Source: Octopus sinensis (lineage: Eukaryota). Taken from it: DNA of 12,148 nt. Positions 7,535 through 12,148 of this stretch are shown in pieces (the first letter of the stretch is position 1; every line of letters begins with the position of its first letter). The notes under the pieces were generated by a model. That model was not told the origin of the DNA. It saw nothing but the letters and a program-made list of their open reading frames with translations, and did no database searches. The stretch covers positions 1-12,148 of the forward strand of contig NW_021826600.1 in NCBI RefSeq assembly GCF_006345805.1, read 5' to 3'. The translations under genes were made by a program, and so were the position numbers.

Positions 7535-8021
7535 CCCCGAAAGGATGAAAAGCAAAATCGACCTCGGCGGAATTTGAACTCAGAACATAGCGACAGATGA
7601 AATACCTATTTCTTTACTACCCACAATGGGCTAGACACAGAGAGGACAAACAAAGAGAGACAAACAGATTAAGTCGATTATATCGACCCCAGTGCGTAAC
7701 TGGTGCTTATTTAATCGATCCCGAAAGGATGAAAGGCAAAGTCGACCTCAGCGGAATTTGAACTCAGAACGTAACGGCAGACGAAATACCTATTTCTTTA
7801 TTACCCACAAGGGGCTAAGCATAGAGGGGACAAACAAGGACAGACATAGGTATTAAGTCGATTACATCGATTCCAGTGCGTAACTGGTACTTAATTTATC
7901 GACCCCGAAAGGATGAAAGGCAAAGTCGACCTCGGCGGAATTTGAACTCAGAACGTAGTGGCAGACGAAATACTGCTAAGCATTTCGCCTTACGTGCTAA
8001 CGATTCTACCAACTCGCCGCC
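7535..8021 (-). mobile_element. SINE family A with a tandem array of a 184-bp internal unit (head + 2 full units + partial third)
   Basis: Head ggcggcgagttggtagaatcgtt at 8021. gaaaggatgaaa recurs at 7539, 7723 and 7907 (period 184). Units 7790-7973 and 7606-7789, partial unit 7535-7605. Confidence 0.9.
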
Positions 8022-8171
8022 TTCTATGTAGGCTATATTGACTAATCTATCAAGTCGTTCGCGTCACTGACGTTTTTGTTCATTTTGCAAGGTACATGTT
8101 TTCCTCATTTTACCACTAGAATTTCGCATAGCAGCTCATGAAACTTCACTTCAATGTCTGCAGCATTTTAA

Positions 8172-8372
8172 GGCGGCGGATAATGGCAGAATCGCTTACC
8201 GCGCTGGGCAAAATGCTAAGCAGCATTTCCTTCGTCCTTAAGTACTGATTTCAATTGCCGCCAAGGTCGATTTTGTCTTACATAATTTTAGGGGTCGATA
8301 CAAATAAATAAGTTGAGTATTGGAGTCTCACCCTGAATTCGCTGGTCTTGTGCCAGAATTTGAAAGCAATAT
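8172..8372 (+). mobile_element. Diverged family-A-type SINE with an alternative 3' tail
   Basis: ggcggcg...tggcagaatcg...aaatgctaagcagcatttc...aaggtcgattttg...ggggtcgata, then gctggtcttgtgccagaatttgaaagcaat, which is absent from the other A copies. Confidence 0.7.
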
Positions 8373-8381
8373 CTGTGATAT

Positions 8382-8391
8382 CACCACCACC

Positions 8392-8422
<31 letters not shown>

Positions 8423-9235
8423 ACATCATTTAATTCCGGCAGGTTGAATATCAAGGATCCCCTTTCAGGTCTTTTCTCTGCTATTGTCACACATTCACCA
8501 TTTTAGATAGTTTTTTTTGTCAAGTCTTTGATGTTATCAAACCAGTTTGTTCTAAGTCTTCCCCTCCAGCGTTTGCTATTTATCTTTCTTTCTAGTAAAT
8601 AACACTTGTATACATTGTACTTGTAAAACACATGGCTCAGTGGTTAGATCATCGCGCTCACAATCATGTAGTTTTGTCGTATTGTTGAGGTATTGTCGGG
8701 CTGCGTGTTGTGTTCTTGAGCAAAACACTTTATTTCACGTTGCCACAGTCCACTCAGCTGTAGAAATGAGTTGTGACGTCACAGGTGCCAAGCATTGCCT
8801 TTCCCTTGGATAACCTCAGTGATATAGAGTGGAGAGGCTGGTATGCATGGGTGACTACTGGTCTTCCATAAACAACCTTGCACGGACCTGTGCCTCGGAG
8901 GGTAACTTTCTAGGTACAATCCGATGGTCATTCATGACCGAAAAGTGTCTTTATCCTTACATTGTACTCTTACTATGTGACCAAAGTAATTTAGCTTCTT
9001 TCTTTTTTTGTAGCAGTTGAGATCAATGATCCTTTAGTATTTGCTAGTTCTATCTCTTCTTCATTAGTTTCCTGTTTTGTCCAAGACATTCTTAACATTT
9101 TTATGTCAACATTTTAAACGCTTCTAATATGCCAAATGGAATTTTCATCAATCTCCATGTTTCTGCACCATGTAACAGTATGGATCACATTTAACATCTA
9201 TACAGCCTTTTTCTTGCTTGTGTATTTTTCCTCGT
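8382..9235 (-). mobile_element. Decayed 3' end of an RTE-clade LINE (RT C-terminal region + microsatellite tail), interrupted by a SINE at 8623-8960
   Basis: Minus-strand translation across stops and frameshifts: TQARKRLYRC*M*SILLHGAETW (LLHGAETW 9155-9178)...LEAFKM / KMLRMSWTKQETNEE / KKLNYFGHIVR (YFGHI 8974-8988) / RGRLRTNWFDNIK (8527-8565)...AEKRPERGSLIFNL, then a (TGA)n(TGG)n tail at 8382-8428. These match recalled RTE motifs LLYGAETW, YFGHI and RGRPR. Confidence 0.85.
8623..8960 (+). mobile_element. tRNA-derived SINE, family B, inserted in the RTE remnant with 10-bp TSD
   Basis: catggctcagtggttag head, body and tail colinear with 2216-2561. Direct repeat acattgtact at 8612-8621 and 8959-8968. 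Confidence 0.88.
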
Positions 9236-9237
9236 TT

Positions 9238-9404
9238 ATCTTTTACTTGTTTCAGTCATTAGAATTTTTAGTAGAATAAATCGACCCCAGTATCTTTTTT
9301 TAAAAACCTAGTACTTATTCTACTGGTCTCTTAAGCCGAACCCCGAACTTATGAGGATGCAAACAAACCAACACAGGTTGACAAGCGGTGAAACACACAC
9401 ACAC
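9238..9404 (-). mobile_element. SINE family F, diverged 3' half ending in a short (CA)n
   Basis: ttttacttgtttcagtcatt...aaatcgaccccag...cctagtacttattc...gccgaacc...ggttgacaagcg matches 3309-3500. Confidence 0.75.
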
Positions 9405-9485
9405 TTTACATTTATAACATGTTGAACCGTTAATAATTTTTCTCTCTCCATTTTCTATTCGTTTTCATATTTTTTTCTTCACAAT

Positions 9486-9523
9486 TCTTTCTGTCGAAGA
9501 GCGTAGGCTCGAAACATCAAAGG
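9486..9523 (+). ncRNA. Minimal non-canonical hammerhead-like motif (Penelope-like element type)
   Basis: tcttt-CUGUCGA-a-gagc(gtag)gctc-GAAA-c-a-UC-aaagg. Stem I cttt/aaag and perfect 4-bp stem II. The core has U in place of A6, and stem III reads ACAU rather than palindromic ACGU. Confidence 0.5.
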
Positions 9524-9619
9524 CTTTTCCATTCTTCCCGAGCGTTAAACAAATACACCTGCTTGTTGTCCCCTCACCTCTCACCTGTCTTCGTCTTTTG
9601 TTTTCCGTAAATTTGAACT

Positions 9620-9682
9620 AAATATACTGCGAGGTATCACTGTATACACACACATACACACGCACACACACACATATATACA

Positions 9683-9718
<36 letters not shown>

Positions 9719-9741
9719 TATATGTATGTATATATAATATG

Positions 9742-9772
<31 letters not shown>

Positions 9773-9791
9773 ATACATACACACACACACA

Positions 9792-9831
<40 letters not shown>

Positions 9832-9878
9832 CTATATATATATATATATATATATGTTTGTATGTATGTTCATATATA
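9620..9878. repeat. Compound (CA)/(TACA)/(TA)n microsatellite
   Basis: Direct reading. Confidence 0.92.
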
Positions 9879-10344
9879 TGTCCATCTGTCTTTTCTTCAC
9901 GTGACCATCTTTCTTTTCCTGCACAGATATTTAAAGAAACGGACGTGTTTTCTTTTTATCTTTTCTCTTTCAAAAAAATGTTTCTCCCAGCTTTCATTAT
10001 TTTCCTTTCGTTCTGGTCTAACGACCTCCAGCCATGTTTGTTTTCGTTCGGTTTTCTTGTATGTTTCCAATGTATGTCATTTTTTGTTCCCAACTTTGAC
10101 CCTCCATAAAAATCCAAAATTATATTTTAGAATTTATGGGAGCAACTGTCTTTCAAGACTCATATTGTCGTTGAATGCTCGAAATGAGGAGTAGAATGAC
10201 AGCCGACAACTGATGAAGGGTCTTTTCTCTGTGTTTACTTGTCCTGTTTTCCATTTTTTCTCTTTGTTCACGTATTTCACTCATCTTCCCCTTGTTTGTT
10301 TACGTATTTCATGCTATTTGCACTGGTTGTGACGTCCTGTACCC

Positions 10345-10374
10345 ATATATGTATGTATGTATATGTATATATAT

Positions 10375-10453
<79 letters not shown>

Positions 10454-10480
10454 TATACACATATATATATATATATAATA
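10345..10480. repeat. (TA)n microsatellite
   Basis: Long near-perfect TA run at ~10378-10447. Confidence 0.95.
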
Positions 10481-10596
10481 TTTATTTTTATTATTCATAT
10501 ATGTTTATGCATAGATAAATATATATTCGTGCCTACATGCCTATCACATCAGACATCTACCTATGTATTAATCTGTGTATCTATTAAGCTATATAC

Positions 10597-10838
<242 letters not shown>

Positions 10839-10899
10839 AGTTACCTATCGCTCTCTATTAACATTTTCCTCGACTATCCACCCCTTAGCGGGGGAGTCG

Positions 10900-10963
10900 A
10901 CCCTCTTCTATCCTCCCTCACCTCCTTCTTTATTAGACCATTCCACCTTCTTTTTATTAGCCT

Positions 10964-11006
<43 letters not shown>

Positions 11007-11455
11007 CCTGCCATTTTTTCTTCTTCCTTCCTATATATTAATCTACCATTTCTCGTATCTTTGATTCCATATCACCTTTCTCTTCTTATCTTTGAACTCT
11101 TTCCTCTTTAATGTTTCCAAATTCTTCGTCCTGGCACAATTTCTTTCTTCTCTCTCTGTTTACTTCAGTCTGTTTCTCTCTTATTCTTTCTTTTTCTCTC
11201 ACTCTCTCCCTCTCTGTCTCTGTCTCTGTCTCTGTCTCTGTCTGTCTCTCTCCTAATCTGTCTGTCTCTCTCTCTGTTTCTCAACATTTTTGTCCCTCAT
11301 ATTATCTCTGTTTTTATCTCCTTTATCTTCTAGATCTCTCTCTCTCTCTTTCTTTGTCTCTCTCTCTCCCTCTCTCTCGTATTCTTTCTGTCTGTCGCTG
11401 TCTCTTTTTCCGTTTGTCTATCCCTCTGTCATCTGTCTGTCTCTATCTCTCTCGT

Positions 11456-11488
<33 letters not shown>

Positions 11489-11531
11489 GCCTCTGTCTCT
11501 GTCTGTCTGTCTGTTTCTCTTTCTCTCTCTC

Positions 11532-11582
<51 letters not shown>

Positions 11583-11585
11583 TAC
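10900..11585. repeat. Polypyrimidine-rich tract with (CT)n and (CTGT)n arrays
   Basis: Direct reading. It gives the LSLS/VCLS/RERE ORFs. Confidence 0.9.
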
Positions 11586-11617
11586 TCCAGCAATTATTTT
11601 CATTTTCTTTATATATA

Positions 11618-12072
11618 GGCGCAGGCGTAGCTGTATAACAAAAAGTTTGCTTCCCAACAACTTGGCACCTGATTCAGTTCCACTGCATAGTACCTTGGGC
11701 AAGTGTCTTCTACTATAACCTCAGGTCAATGTGAGTGGATTTGGTTACTGAATTTGGCAGACGGAAACTGAAAGAAGCCCGTCGTATATATAGATATGCT
11801 TGTATGTGTGTGTGTATACATGTGTGTGTGTGTGTTTGTGTGTATTTGTGTGTATCTTTGTGTCTGTATTTGTCCCACCACCACCACCACTTGACAACCG
11901 GCGTTGGTTTTTTTTCGTCCCAATAACTCAGCGCTTCGACAAAAGAGTGCGATAGAATAAGTACCGGGCTTATCAAACAAAGTACTAGGGGCGATTCATT
12001 TGACTAAAAGTTCTAAAAGGTGGTGCTCCAGCATGGCCGCAGTCTAATGACCGAAGCAAGCAAAAGATAAAA
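11618..12072 (+). mobile_element. tRNA-derived SINE, family F, full length with internal (TA/TG)n microsatellite
   Basis: Head ggcgcaggcgtagctg...gattcagttccc, then ccttgggcaagtgtctt, gacggaaactgaaagaagcccgtcg, a microsatellite at ~11785-11870 and a 3' half matching 3309-3561 and 9238-9404, ending aagcaagcaaaagataaaa. Confidence 0.85.
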
Positions 12073-12148
12073 CATTCTCTTCTTCCGTTTTTATCTTCTC
12101 CTTCATTTTCTTTCTCTATTGTCTTCCTCACTCTCCCTCTTTCTTTTT

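Noticed and set aside
7535-8021. CRISPR-like array or hammerhead-containing retrozyme repeat
   Set aside because: Units are contiguous 184-bp copies with no unique spacers, and no CUGANGA core was found on either strand of the unit.
10170-10225. Type II permuted hammerhead (gctcGAAA...CUGAUGAaggg)
   Set aside because: Stem II pairing is weak (two G-U pairs), and no stem III/NUH or stem I hairpin can be formed between GAAA and the core.
11111-11980. LSLS/VCLS/RERE ORFs
   Set aside because: Translations of (CT)n/(CTGT)n tracts and of the SINE F internal microsatellite.

Overview
Gene-free, repeat-dense eukaryotic (animal) DNA. The repeat families and the extreme microsatellite load resemble octopus genomic DNA, which is an inference from recalled repeat families. 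No intact protein-coding gene, RNA gene or CRISPR array is supported, and almost all ORFs in the track are microsatellite or low-complexity read-throughs. The window holds about a dozen tRNA-derived SINE copies or fragments, labelled here A-F. These share head, body and tail modules in a mix-and-match way, and one has become a 184-bp head-to-tail array. There is also a decayed 3' end of an RTE-clade LINE (RT C-terminus plus (TGA/TGG)n tail) with a SINE inserted into it between 10-bp target-site duplications, and long di/tri/tetranucleotide tracts. The most interesting signal is one complete type I hammerhead ribozyme fold (3112-3183, +), two further minimal non-canonical hammerhead-like motifs (7201-7239, 9486-9523) and a half-motif at about 10210. 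All lie on the + strand, suggesting Penelope-like or retrozyme-type elements.
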